Shown one piece after another: positions 1-12,898 of a stretch of 59,293 bases of DNA. Numbering within the stretch: position 1 is the first letter of the stretch; each line of letters starts with the position of its first letter. The notes under the pieces were generated by a model. The model had not been told where the DNA came from and searched no databases. It saw nothing but the letters and a program-made list of their open reading frames with translations. The DNA comes from Octopus bimaculoides (Eukaryota): positions 23,268,688 to 23,327,980 of the forward strand of contig NC_069005.1 in assembly GCF_001194135.2 (NCBI RefSeq). The letters run 5' to 3'. Made by a program: the position numbers and the translations under genes.

Positions 1-577
1 TATATATATATATATATATGTAGTTAGTCAATTTCTGAAGTTTTGATAGTACAAGTGGATCACAAGGTTTTCCTTATATTACTGTCATTTATTCATTATT
101 AATGAAATACATGTAAGATGATATAACTGAATATTATCTAAACAAACTCACCTATTTTACTTTTTATACATATGCAAACACAAGACGAGTGATAAATGGA
201 GCTGTTGATACTGCATTTATTCCACAATTGTGGAATGGTTTCAAAAACGTGTGAGTGACAAATCATGCAGTATGTATCTCCTTATAAAGCAAATTCATCC
301 ACTGTATCACTGTATTTATCTATTCACTAGCATTATGACTAAATGACAGTGGGTTAATCATTATGTAATATACATTGTATAATCAATATGTCAGTATCAT
401 TTCTCTCTTCCACATTTTCGTGCAAGTTATATGATTTGTTGCCTGTATAGTATTGAAACAATTGTAATGTGATTCCAACAACCATATTCTTCACTCATTA
501 CCTATACTCTGCAACTGAGTATGTGGCTGATCATATCCATCCTTGTTTCTCATTTTATATATATATATATAAGAAAT

Positions 578-783
578 GATCTAATTATAAATCTCACAGA
601 GAGACTTAAGCAGCAGTGTTATGATAAAGCAGTTGTATACTGTCAACTTAAAGTCCAGCTTCCTAGGGCTAAATAGCAGCAATATGATTCCCTTATTGGG
701 ACTGTCACATTAAGTTGACAGTATACAACTGCTTTATCGTAACACTGCTGCTTAAGTCTCTCTGTGAGATTTATAATTAGATC
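578..783. repeat. Near-perfect inverted repeat: 74-bp arms (578-651 / 710-783), 58-nt spacer
   Basis: Arms are exact reverse complements except one TG/CG position; spacer plus inner arm recurs as a direct copy at 1004-1088. Confidence 0.95.
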
Positions 784-1085
784 TTTTCTAATTTTTGTAA
801 TCAGTGAATGTGTTTTCACTAGAAATATATATATTTGTGAGAGGTTGACAGGCATCTTCAGACAGCTAGTTGTGCTACTTCAGGCTAATGATGAGCAAAG
901 ACTCAGAAACATGTCTCTGAATGCAGGCTAGGCTGGTTGGAGATGCTTGTCTCCCTCTCACAAATATAAGGACACAAGAAATGTGTCAAGCCGACAGGAA
1001 GTGGTCCAGCTTCCTAGGGCTAAAGAGCAGCAGTATGATTCCCTTATTGGGGCTGTCACTTTAAGTTTACAGTATACAACTGCTT

Positions 1086-1117
<32 letters not shown>

Positions 1118-1220
1118 ACTTTGGCTATGCATCACAGTAGGAGCCAAACATTCAGACTGTCTCCTGACATAAAGAGACCTGGGACCACTGACCACTTCTG
1201 AAGGCTGAGACACTATTTAA

Positions 1221-1440
1221 GGTGGTGAGCTGGCAGAATTGTTAGCATACTGGGCGAAATGCTTAGAAGTATTTTGTCCGACGCTATGTTCTGAGTTCAA
1301 ATTCTGCCAAGGTAAACTTTGCCTTTCATCCTTTCAAGGTCGATAAATTGAGTACTAGTGGAACACTGGGGTCAATGTAATCGACTAGTTCCCTCCTCAC
1401 AAAATTCAGGCCTTGTGCCTATAGTAGAAAGGATTATTAT
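1221..1440 (+). mobile_element. tRNA-headed SINE, family A (ggtggtgagctggcagaa...gttcaaattctgcc...gcctttcatcctttc...gtagaaaggattatt)
   Basis: A/B-box-like head and (ATT)n tail; similar copies at 43633-43855 (+), 36970-37163 (+), about 6130-6310 (-) and about 34180-34350 (-). Confidence 0.85.
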
Positions 1441-1687
1441 AATTATTTAGAACAGTTTGTTTTGCTCCCATGCAACTTGAAGTTTTATAGCTTCCTTACA
1501 GGAACCTATGAATATTGCATGGCACCAAATCAAACTGCTCTAAATAATAATATTTGTAACTCCCACTGAATGTGCTGAGTACCTTTTTCTTTCATTTGTC
1601 CACTTACTCATATATATGTGTATGTGTGTGTGTGTTATGTCTGTTTCCGTCTTCTATCTATATTTGCATATATATATATATATAGCT

Positions 1688-1957
1688 AGACTGGCTCCTG
1701 TACAGGTGGCATGTAAAAATCACCATTTGAGCGTGGCCATTGCCAGTACTGCTTGACTGGCCCTCATGCCGGTGGCACGTAAAAGCACCCACTACACTCT
1801 CGGAGTGGTTGGTGTTAGGAAGGGCATCCTGCTATAGAAACTCTGCCAGATCAGATTGGAGCCTGGTGCAGCCATCTGGCTCGCCAGTCCTCAGTCAAAC
1901 CATCCAACCCATGCCAGCATGGAAAGCAGACATTAAACGATGATGATGATGATGATG
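1688..1957 (+). mobile_element. SINE 3' half, family E, with (GAT)n tail
   Basis: ...gttaggaagggcatcc...ccaacccatgccagcatggaaagcagacattaaacgatgatgat; recurs at about 15160-15537, 18410-18605, 33358-33572 (-), 46765-46915, 53460-53670 and 57520-57650 (-). Confidence 0.85.
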
Positions 1958-3132
1958 ATATATAGATATACATCTGAAAATATGTGTGAAGGTAATAAAA
2001 AAAAAAAAAACAATACAAACAATCCACATTTGTTTTCAGTTTGAACATAAACTCATCACAGAAGCAATCTGATGCAAAGAAAATTCAGACATAATGAAAT
2101 ACTACTTGATCAATGAAATAAAATCAAAGTTACAGCATGAATAAAGGAAAGACATCAAAGAATAACAAAAAATCAAATGATTTAAAAAAAAAATTTACAT
2201 TTAAAAGCAAACAGGTCAGCAAATTGTAGAAATTAGTTAATTTAATAGAAGTGTCCTAATGGTTGGTGCTTAGCTATGGTTCCATGTCCCAAGGTAAGAT
2301 GTCCCTGTTGCTATTTCATTCCCCTAGATTACCAACATCATCATCATTTAATGTCCATTAACATCATCATCATTTAATGTCCATACTGGCATGGGTTGGA
2401 CGGTTTGACTAAAAACAGGTAAGCCAGGGAGCTGCACCAGGCTCTAAACTGATTTGGCATGGTTTCTACAGCTGTACTTATTACTGATACCGAGATAAAA
2501 AAAAAAAGCTCAGAACACCGAGGTTAGGTGACAAGTCTATCACCATTGACACCCATCAGACTTTCTGGTTCTTTATTTTCTAAAATCCCCAAAGAAGCTG
2601 GAGGTGTTATCCAAGAATGTAATCTGACCAGGAAGAAACGACTACACAATGAGAGAGATGTTTTAACTCCTTACATGACGCATTAAGGTCAGAAAATGCA
2701 AATAAGGAATATTATACAGCTACAGTATAACTCCACAAATCAGTCAGTAATCACTGGAGATCTTAACAAGGCCAGCAAATATATTAGTAGGGTTTGGTCG
2801 ATACCACTGATTTCAGTACTTGACTGGTACTTTTATTTTGACTTTGAGGTTGAAAGACAAAGTTGGCTTCAGTGGGATTTGAACTCAGAACATAAAGCAC
2901 CGTAACTCAATATCGCCTCATTGTTTCTAGCATAGGCTCAAGGTTTGAAATTTTTTTTCAAAGTAGATTAGGGTGTTATTTGATATCACTGAACCCAATG
3001 CTTGACTGATGCTTTATTTTATTGACCCCAAAAAGACAAGGGACAAGTTTAGTCAATACCCATCAACCCAAAGGAATAACTGTAACATGGGTGCAAAATC
3101 TAAAATTTGGGGAAGAAATCTAAAATTTCCCA

Positions 3133-3151
3133 AATAATAATGATAATAATG

Positions 3152-3196
<45 letters not shown>
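3133..3196. repeat. (AAT)n microsatellite
   Basis: Direct reading; similar tracts at about 5379-5410 and 43955-43980. Confidence 0.95.
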
Positions 3197-5378
3197 TCTG
3201 AGTTTTGCAAATATAATGTATCAATAATCAGCAATCGAAGCAAGTAGTAGTGATAGGGATTCAAGCTGTTGGTAGATCTTTGTAAGCACATGGGGAGAGT
3301 AGACAAGTGCTAATCTGCAACACTAACTACCACGGGCTGATAGGGATTAAGGTTTTGGTGATGTTGCCATGACAATACCTTGAAGACAACATTCTGAAAA
3401 TTATAAGCAGATTGAATTTTAAAAAACATAACATAAAAGAAAGTGCTGTTCTGTTTGGGTGAAAGAAAAAGAAAATATTTAAACAAAAACAAACAAAAAA
3501 TAACTACATGCTGCTACCAAAAGGTTAAGATATAATACTTTAAATGTATCAATTTAATTAATTGCAAAGTAGATAAATTGGGGGTGGTGAGATTGGGGAG
3601 GGGAGGCTTAGTGGGATTTCGGTGGGGAAGGTGGCTAGAAGTTAGGAACAGGGTGGAATCACATTTTTAAATAGCAACCATCTATATTATTTTAGTTGGA
3701 CCCTACTGAGTCATCATCTTGACAGGAAATCTTCTGGTTAATTTGTAAATGGAACTTTCTGTGGAGTCAATAAAATGAAGACAGATTTGACAGATTTCAA
3801 TAGGTTCCTTTTCTAATTGATGAAATATTTAGCTAATAAAGCTTGAGAAACCTGATTTAATGAAGGAAATATCAGAAGAAAAGAATTAAGATGCAATTAT
3901 TTACTGTCATTCGTTACCTGACTTCTCCTTATTAATTACAAATGAACCTGCAAGAACTGGAATGCATGATTAACAATTTAGACAGATGCTGTTATTAAAA
4001 GACAAAGTAAGAGAGGTTTTAATTTGAGAGACTGAAGGCAGCAAAACTGAGCAACCTCTCCATATTAGACCGTGTCATACTGGAGTTTGCGATGAGGTCC
4101 TCAGCTGATGAAGACATCTAGGGCTTCACAACAACAAGCGAACAGAAACGGTTTGAAAGGTAGAGAGAGAGTATGGCTTGTGCGAACAGCAACGGTGCAC
4201 CTCATCACATCACACCATAAATCACTCTATGTTCGTGACTGTCAAGTGACAACAGATAAATGAGTTATATCGTTTAGTTGTTCAACTGTTACGTGTATGT
4301 TGTGGATCTGCTCAAGCAGAATTGACCTTGAGTAACACAACTCATTGACAAAGTTTGCTATTATATTTTTCTTATTACTTTAATCATTTGAGTTGCAAAG
4401 AAGAAAAGTGAAATACTAAAACGCTTAAATTGTAAACAGGCAAAAAGCATTTTCTTTTCTGGTTAAGGAATATGATATAAAGAATTTAATTTTCACATGT
4501 GTGTCTGTGTGTGTGCGTGTGCATGTGTGTAAGAAATTTGATTCACAACCACAAGGTTTCAGGTTCAATCTGACCATGCAGCACTTTGGTTAAGTGTCTT
4601 CAACAATAGCCTCAAGCCTGTCATGTGCATACATACATACATACATACATACATACATGCACATGTATATATGTTTATATGCATGAATGTTTGTGTGTAT
4701 GTATGTGCACATGGAAAGTTATTCTTTCCACTTTTTGGCATGAAACTACCTGAGCCAAAAACATTTTTGTCACGTTTACATTTCCCAGCAGAGATCACAT
4801 CCTGTAGCTCAGTGGTTTTGAAGTTTAGTGGAATAAAAGGAAAACCGTTTGCTTTTCAGGACAGGTGAGGATTGGTGACAGGAAAGGCATCCAGGCATAA
4901 AACGTTGCCACAAATAAACATTTGTCCAACCTTTGCCAGCATAGAAAAACAGATAGAACATGAAACAGTGTGTGCATGTAAGTGTGTGCGTGCATGCATG
5001 TGCATATGCACACGTGAATAAATTATTCCAAAGTCAATAATTCTGCAACAACTGCCAGATATTATAACTGTTTGCATGCAATAATGTTGTTCAAACATGT
5101 AGAATTCCTTAGAGATTATCCAAACTTTCATTTTTATTTTCTTGCTCTGTGAGCACAGGATTTGAAGTGTCGAGGATTATTTATTAACATTTGGCACATT
5201 ACAGAGTTTTAAAAGAAAATGACCAAATAAGGAACAAATAAAAACAACATTTGCAGCAAGATTTGTGCAAGAGTTGCTTCCAGTAGGAAATACATTTCTG
5301 GAAAATAACGTTGATGAAGGAAAGAGAGAGAGGAAGACTTCAGATATTGAATGCGGTAATTAAGGAAGTAGTTCACAG

Positions 5379-5413
<35 letters not shown>

Positions 5414-5488
5414 TAGCCGTTGACAAAGGTTCTACTTAGTTGCTTGACATGCTAGAAACAGCAACCAAATTTCCACATCACACCTTAA

Positions 5489-5715
5489 CCCTTTAGCATT
5501 CAGATTCCTCTGTCAAAAAGTAATAATATTTATTAATATTGTTTTTAATTAGGTTAATGTATTGTAGCTTCGAGATCTCAATAATGTGTTTACATAAATA
5601 AACACATTTTAGAATGACATTGTAGAACAGGTGTGAGAGGCCAAATCAGGTTGACTTCAACGTAATTACAGATACAAAATTTGGGCTGGATAAAACCAGT
5701 TTAAACACTAATGAG
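5489..5715. mobile_element. piggyBac-type MITE (TTAA|CCCTTT...|TTAA)
   Basis: TTAA on both sides; internal sequence shared with 11389-11596, about 23940-24140, 28509-28650, 33312-33737, 33809-33994 and 56127-56270. Confidence 0.75.
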
Positions 5716-6309
5716 TTAATACAAAGCAACAACACATTGGATAATGTATTCCGAGATACACAATGTCAAAGAAAAAGTGCCATTGTCATGGTTGGGTTGC
5801 TTTGATCATAAATTTGTTGAATTATGGCTGATCTGTAAACCTGAAGCTCAACAACAACAACTCTACACTGCAGTACGAAACTATAATGTAGTCCTAGATA
5901 TACTATGTTTCAATAAAAGATGGGATAATTACATATGGAATGCCCTTGACCATAGTTTTGCTGGACTGCATGTGACCTGGAGCTAAAGGACACTTTATCA
6001 CACCGCAATAATGCAATCCTAGATACACTGTACTTGACTAAAAGATGATAGGATCTATTAGTCAAGAGACTTTTGATCTTAATAATTCTGCTGGATCAAA
6101 TAATAATAATAACAATAATAATAATCCTTTCTATGAAAGGCACAAGGCCTAAAATTTTAGGGGAAGAGACTAGTTGATTACATCGACCTCAGTGTTTCAC
6201 TGGTACATAGTTTATTGAGACCGGAAGAATGACAGGCAAAGTTGACCTCGGCAGACTTGGAACGTGCAGACAAACAAAATGTTGTCAAGTATTTTGCCTG
6301 ATGTGCTAA

Positions 6310-6313
<4 letters not shown>

Positions 6314-6365
<52 letters not shown>

Positions 6366-6615
6366 CATAATTGATTTTAATTGAGTTTTTACCTGTAATT
6401 TTGGATTTTGTCCCTAATATTATTATATATATATATATATATACACACACATATACATACATACAAATATATACATACACAAATGTATATACATATATTC
6501 ATACACACACACACATATATATACATGTATATACACGTATATACATATATGTATGTATATACACACACATACATGTATATACATACACACATACATGAAT
6601 ACACACATACATATA
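6314..6615. repeat. (TG)n tract followed by mixed TA/CA low-complexity repeat
   Basis: Direct reading; source of the spurious H/T/Y/I-rich ORFs in the track. Confidence 0.95.
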
Positions 6616-7029
6616 TCAGTAGTCAATAAATTTGCTTTCTGTCTGTGTGGTTGAGAGAGATTCTCATCCCAGCCATGGGGTTTTGGGGCTTAATCCAGTT
6701 GTGTGGTACCTTGGACAAGTGTCCATTACTCAGAACAAAAGATGGGATGGTCATAACTAGAACGCCTTTTATCATAGGACTGACAGACCAGGGTTAATCT
6801 GGCGTTAAACAACAACAGTATGTCACACATTGAAATGAGTCAACAGTACCAATTCCCAAGAAATCAACATAGAATTTTGAAACTATTGTCAAATATAACT
6901 TGTGTTTTAACCCCTCTGATACCAACCAGGCCAAGACTGCCTTTACTTCTATGATAAGGTGATCTAAGTAAAAATTTCCCATTAAGTTTTCAGGTTAAGA
7001 GAGAGATAAGCAGTAACAGTACAGAATCT

Positions 7030-7259
7030 TAAAATATATTTTTGCCAAGTAAATGTGGCAGTCCTGTAGAGGACGGTGTTACTGTTGTTTTTAGCCCCAG
7101 GAAGACATCTCCAGCTAGCCAATGATACACAGTTGCAAATACTAATCGGACACAGACTGTGTGTCTTGGCCAGCTGGAGGAGATGTCTTCCTGGGGCTAA
7201 AATCAACAGTAATACCGTCCTCTATAGGACTGCCACATTTACTTGGCAAATATATTTTA
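7030..7259. mobile_element. Fold-back MITE with about 91-bp terminal inverted repeats, TA at both ends
   Basis: 7031-7121 is the reverse complement of 7167-7258 with 4 substitutions and 2 small indels; 45-nt spacer; a diverged partial copy lies near 43865-43915. Confidence 0.85.
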
Positions 7260-9122
7260 CGCTTAGTAATGACCAAGATATTTTAGTAAATTCTTTATTT
7301 TCAAAATCAATTGAAATAAAGAGAGTGCATTTCAACAGAAATAGGGTAACAAAAGAGTTAAGTCATTTTCCTTGTTAGAGTGGAAGTTAGCATTGCAGAA
7401 CTCATGAATCTTCTCCATTTTCCCTATGGTGCCTATGTGATGTCGGTGATGCAATGCCAGCTTATTTTATCAGATGTTTTAATATGTTTCCTTTTGATAT
7501 TTTTTATCTCGTTTTCTCCCTCTTCCTTCTCTTTCTCTGTTTATGTGTGTGAGCATATTTTGTTTTATGTTTCTGAGGAGAGGGAAAGAGTTTTATGACA
7601 ATCATGCTCAATTAACAGGTTGTAACGTCCCTTTCTCTCTTTTTCCTATGTGTCTATTTCTGCATTCATGTGTGAGTGGGTGTGTTTGCCTCCAGTGCCA
7701 AAAAATACTAGAACCAAAACAGGTTCAATGTCCAGTCGACTGTACTAGATTGCCAGCATCCAAACTCTTTGTCCTCCTTTTCTCTCCCATCATCTTTAGT
7801 CAGTTCTTTCTCTGTCAATATGTTCCACTCATCTTTTGATCAATACTTCCATCAATTCATTCAACCTTCCTGTCATCATTTCTACATTCTACAAACTAAA
7901 TGTTAAATACCAATCTCCACAAGGGATATCAGGCATAAATGGACATTTCTCTTTTGTTTTTTTGTTTTTGTTTTGTTAGTAATTACACAAAAATTAAGCC
8001 TGGAAAGCAAAAAATTTAAAACCTAAATAGTTTGGAGAAAAAAATTTTGCTTCTAATTTTAAATTTCTGGTTTGAGTGGGGCCAATTTTAAATTGCGGGA
8101 GGGGGCATTTGTTAATGTGAGAAGTGAGGACCAGTTGTTAGATGTAACAGTTGAGTAAAAAGTACCAATACATTACTGGTACTTACTTCTATGAAGGAGT
8201 GAACTACAAAACTGGCCTCAACTGGAGCTCAAGCTCACTACAAACACAAAAAAACTAAATGCTGTAACATTTAGTTTCATGAAGGCAATTCTAACTAATC
8301 AGACCAATGATCAAAGCCATTCGAACCATGACTCTCTCATATTTTATTATATCTGTAAGTACATTATCCAATGCCCTTTCCTGTTGCATGGTGTATGATT
8401 TGCGGGAGATTTTGGCTACCCTATTTACCAGGTCAATCAATCACATCCAGACTCACTTATTCGCTCATAAACACTGCAATGTATTTATCAAGGGCTCACA
8501 GCTATTTCCTCATCCTATCTAAACTGACACTGTTGTTGTTGTTGCTATTATTAATATTAGTAGCTGTAGTAGTTGCTATTACTACCGCTACTACTGTGAG
8601 CTAGGATTCATTAAAGATAATGATTATTTAACAAGAAATAATGAGCAAGCTTATTAATAAATTTTAAAAATCTAAAAAAAAAAATTAAAAAAAATAAAAA
8701 CTGGAATCAAATTCTAACAATCAGTTACTGCAAGAATTTTTTTTATTCTAACAGTTGAATCAGCTGAAGCAGAAATCAACAAGTTACGGTAAGATCAATA
8801 AATATAAAAAATTAACGACTGAAGGAGGAAAATGTATCATCATCATTATTATTATTATTATTATCATCATTATTCTTATTATCATCCTCTTCCACTCCTC
8901 CTCCTCCTTACATCATTCATTTACTGGAATATTACATAAAATCAACTAGTTTCTGACATACACTTTGATCAATAATAGTTTAAAATTCCAATAAACACAG
9001 GGCAAATTATTGACATGCTGCACAAATTACTGATAGTTATTTAGCTGCTGGTGTAAGATGAGTAGATAGGGAGAGAGAAAGAGACGAGGGGGAGACCTGA
9101 AGACATAGAAGAGAGAAAAATG

Positions 9123-9260
9123 GAGATAGGGTTGGCGAGAGACAGAGGAGAGAAAGAAAGAGATAGGGTTGGTGAGAGATAAGAGAAAAAGAAAGAGATA
9201 GGGTTGGCAAGAGATAGAAAAGAGAAAGAGAGAGGGTTGGTGAGAGAGAGAGGAGAGAGA
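9123..9260. repeat. Purine-rich minisatellite, about 36-bp unit x4 (gagatagggttgg...)
   Basis: Unit starts near 9123, 9160, 9195 and 9230, inside a polypurine tract at about 9060-9330. Confidence 0.8.
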
Positions 9261-10084
9261 AGGAAAGTGATTTGAGTTTTGAAAGGGAATAAGAGAGAAA
9301 GAAAGATAAACAGAGGAAAGAAAGAGTGTGGCAGTCAAAAGGAAATGAGATTCTTTATGGCTGGCATTAGAATTATTAGCTCAAATAATATTGATTTTCA
9401 CAGTCAGCAACCTATAAGGACAGGTATATGTATCTGTTTACGTGTGTATGTGGCTGTATGTGCGTGTGTCAGTGAGAGATTAATGATTGATCCTGGCAGC
9501 TGAGTTTCCCAAACCAACTTAATCAACGGCTCAACAGGCGTTTAGTGGTAGAAGAACCCTTAAGAGTGTTGTCACTGCAGTTGTTGTTGCTGTAAGACAG
9601 AAACCAAGGTTTGCTAAAAAGCAGGGACATCAAAGAAACCTGCATAGAGTTGAAGTATAAACTTCACAGAGAGAAAGGAGGTTTATCCTTCAGGAATCTA
9701 ACGGAATGCCAATCACTCATACATACCTAACAAGTATATTATACCGTCTAAGCACCAATTGTAAAATCTCATCACTGCCAGTTGCATGTTTTCCTCTTTT
9801 AAAAAAGTGGGTGGTTGGAAATTGACCAGAAATGTGTTGTGTGCCACATTCTGAGTTCAAATCATGTTGAAGTTTGATTTCTTTCATTCCTCTGGTGGTA
9901 GGACGGATAAAGTAACAAGCAGTAGTAATATGTTGAAATGGATTCTAAGGAACTTGCTTTGCAACTACATGGCTTCAGGTTCAGTTCCACTGTGTTGCAC
10001 CTTTAGTGAAGTATCTTCTAGCATAGCCTTGTTATTGGCTAAAGCTATGCAAGTGAAATTTGATAAACAAAAACTGTGAGGAAG

Positions 10085-10760
10085 CATGTCAAAAGGACCA
10101 TTTCATTTATGATGATAGACTTAAACCATCTTCTAGTTTAATACTACCACTTGATCCTTGGATGGCCTTAATGAACTCCACTCTGTAGCAAGTATTTAGG
10201 CCAGATCTTTAGTCTGACAATTTTCTCTTGCCAATCGCAAAGTCCCTGAAACAGGTCATTAAACAACTTTTCTTCTTCTCACAAAGACATTATAGGACCT
10301 CTAACAAGGCTAGAAACATATATCTATTGGTTGCTGGGCAATCATGGTACAATTTGCACTACATGCTACCATTAACTATAAAATCTTTTGGCTATTTTTA
10401 ATTTCGTTATTTAATTTCCACAACATAAATTGGCCAGTTAGTTGGCTCTCATTATCTTTGACATCAAAATCTTAGCAGTTAATTTATATGTTATACATTT
10501 TCTAAATTGAAGAGAGATTAATATTAACGAATTACTGTATCATAAATCTAATTCAAATGTCGCCTTAAATATTCCAATGGGTCTTTGAGAACTGATACTT
10601 GACTTTAGTTTTATGGTATGAAGCAGATAGAATATAAATTTCCCATGGAATAGGGTGTCAGTTACCTCCAAAGTAACATTCTCCAGATGAAGATCAGGTA
10701 CACATTTCCAACAACTAAAAGAACTGAGGTTATGTGAAATGAATTGTTATAGTACTCAAA
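10085..10760 (-). pseudogene. Probable decayed LINE reverse-transcriptase C-terminal fragment
   Basis: Minus-strand remnant LHLENVTLEVTDTL...KSSISSQRPIGIFKATFEL resembles the RT C-terminal LEVVDxFxYLG...RIGxxxF motif; many stops and frameshifts. Confidence 0.4.
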
Positions 10761-10855
10761 TACTCAATGAAGTAGTGTACTCCCCAAATACACAATGAAA
10801 TGCAGTGCAGAGTTCAGCAAATAGTTTGGGAAAGGATTCCTGCTACAGTCTAGTG

Positions 10856-11115
10856 CACTGGTTCTCAACCAGGATCCATATGGCCCTTGGTGGGGTCCAT
10901 GTAAGATTTTCTTGTTATTTATCTGCAATAAATTTGCTGTACTTCTACAATTCACAAAACATTTTAACAATTTTTTAAATAAAATTCCTAATGATGTTTA
11001 ATTGTAAAAATATACAATTTTTGTTTTAAAACATCAAATGGCAATGGGGCAGGATCCACCAAAGTCAAATGGGAATCAAAGGGATCCATAGATGAAAAAT
11101 GGTTGAGAACCACTA
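10856..11115. mobile_element. hAT-type MITE with perfect 8-bp target-site duplication GTCTAGTG
   Basis: Ends cactggttctcaacc / ggttgagaaccacta; GTCTAGTG at 10848-10855 and 11116-11123. Confidence 0.9.
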
Positions 11116-11388
11116 GTCTAGTGTTTCTGTCTGAGGGCAAATTATCTCCTTATCCATTTAACACTACAGTTAAGTGATAACTAAAGCCATATGGCATTGT
11201 TAAAATTCAGAAGAGCTGAAAGCTAAGTCAGTTTAAAATATTCTTAAAAGGGCTAACACAATGGTACAAATCCTTCCATGTTGGTTTAAAGATGGTGATC
11301 CTAGGATGGCCACAGACCATCAGATAGAACCAATAATAGTAATCAAATGGACAAAATAGACTTCACCCATATCTTCCCAAATTCTTAA

Positions 11389-11596
11389 CCCTTTAGCTTC
11401 CACATAATTTTGTCAAATGTAATGTTTATTCATTCACATTGTTTTGAATTTATTTATTTAGCTTTTGAGATTTTGATGAGGCAACTTAATTTTTAGAATG
11501 ATATTGTAGGGTTGGTATGAGAGGCCAGATCTGGCTAATTTGGGCATAAAACAGGTAGGATATTTTGACCAGATATGACTGTTAAATGCTAAAGAG
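11389..11596. mobile_element. piggyBac-type MITE copy
   Basis: TTAA|ccctttagc...gctaaagag|TTAA. Confidence 0.8.
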
Positions 11597-12404
11597 TTAA
11601 TCTCTAAGATAATTTTTGAAAGCTGAAACTGAAAACAAAGAAAAAGAAACAGGAAAAGAACGAAAAAGGAAAACGGGAAAAAGTAATAAGATTATCAAGT
11701 AAGGAAACGAGAGAGAAATTCTGACAAAAATTTACATTGAAGATCACCGTTTAAAAAATACAAAGCTGGAGAATTTGAATGTGAATTTCTGTGACATATT
11801 GACAGATATTGCTGCTCTTGTCATCGTCATCACGGCTGTTGCTGTTGCAAAAATCAATATTTCAAAACTGCTTCAAATGCAATTTACAGTTACTATCATC
11901 TGTTATGCACTAAATATTTACTTTTCTGTCCTAAACTTGGTAGAAAACACAACGGCCTATCTATGAAAGTGAAATGATGCCTTGATAGGAAGACGGGTAA
12001 GGAAGGCTCAGCAATATGTATGTATATATATATAGAAGGTAGCATATTTAAGAACGTGGGGTTGAGAGTGCAAGAATAGCCGCCAGTAACTGATAGAAAA
12101 CCCTGCATTGAAACTGGTTTCTAAGAGAACACCAGTTTTGTGGACAACACAATTCTTGTTTCTGAGATGAGGAATAAATATTATATACACTATTTGCATT
12201 ATTAATCAGACTGGTATCTTCATCTTGATTATTGTTTTCAGTCTATTTTGGATGCTGTATGCTCCAGACATCTTCATGTGCCCTGTGTTGTTTTGTAATT
12301 TCAAAACTAATCCTTCATTTCATCTACGGGGAGTACATGGTTCTCATTCCACTCTGGCATTTCATGACATTTTTTGCTTCAGTTGATTTGTTGTTGAATT
12401 CACT

Positions 12405-12710
12405 ATGGCTAAGTGGTTAGAGCATCGGGCTCACAATCATGAAGTAGTGAGTTCAATTCATAGACTGGTCTGTGTGTTGTTTCCTTGAGCAAGACACTCT
12501 ATTTCAAGTTGCTCAGGTTCACTCAGCTGTAGAAATGAGTTGCAACATCCCTTGGATAACATCAGTGGCACAGAGGGGAGGCTGGTATGCAGGGGTGACT
12601 GCTGGTCTTCCAGAAAACAACCTTGCCCAGACTTGTGCCTCAGTGGGTAAATTTCTAAGTGCAATCCCATGGTCATTCATGACTGAAGGGAATCTTTACT
12701 CTGCCTTGCC
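12405..12710 (+). mobile_element. tRNA-headed SINE, family C
   Basis: ggctaagtggttagagca...gagttcaattc head and tgcaatcccatggtcattcatgactgaaggg tail; copies at 20330-20648 (+), 49458-49745 (+) and 41941-42268 (-). Confidence 0.85.
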
Positions 12711-12898
12711 TGGGATTGAACTCAGAACCTCTAGGTGACTGCACTGCATTAACCAATGTCTTTATCCACCACACTATGCTTGTAGGCAGTTGACAGAGTG
12801 AATTTTAAAGGCTTATAAACCTAATGTCTATGTAATCTATTGTAATTATCACTATTGTAGAAATTTGTTCTTTTCTTTCTAAGTTATTGGTTCCTATA

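Noticed and set aside
2334-2384. 25-bp direct repeat as a target-site duplication
   Set aside because: It is a re-copied SINE tail (aacatcatcatcatttaatgtccat x2), consistent with slippage, and does not flank an insert.
9481-9502. Enhancer suggested by TGATTGAT (Pbx-type) plus CAGCTG E-box
   Set aside because: Short motifs expected by chance in 59 kb; TGATTGAT also occurs in a SINE fragment near 23018.
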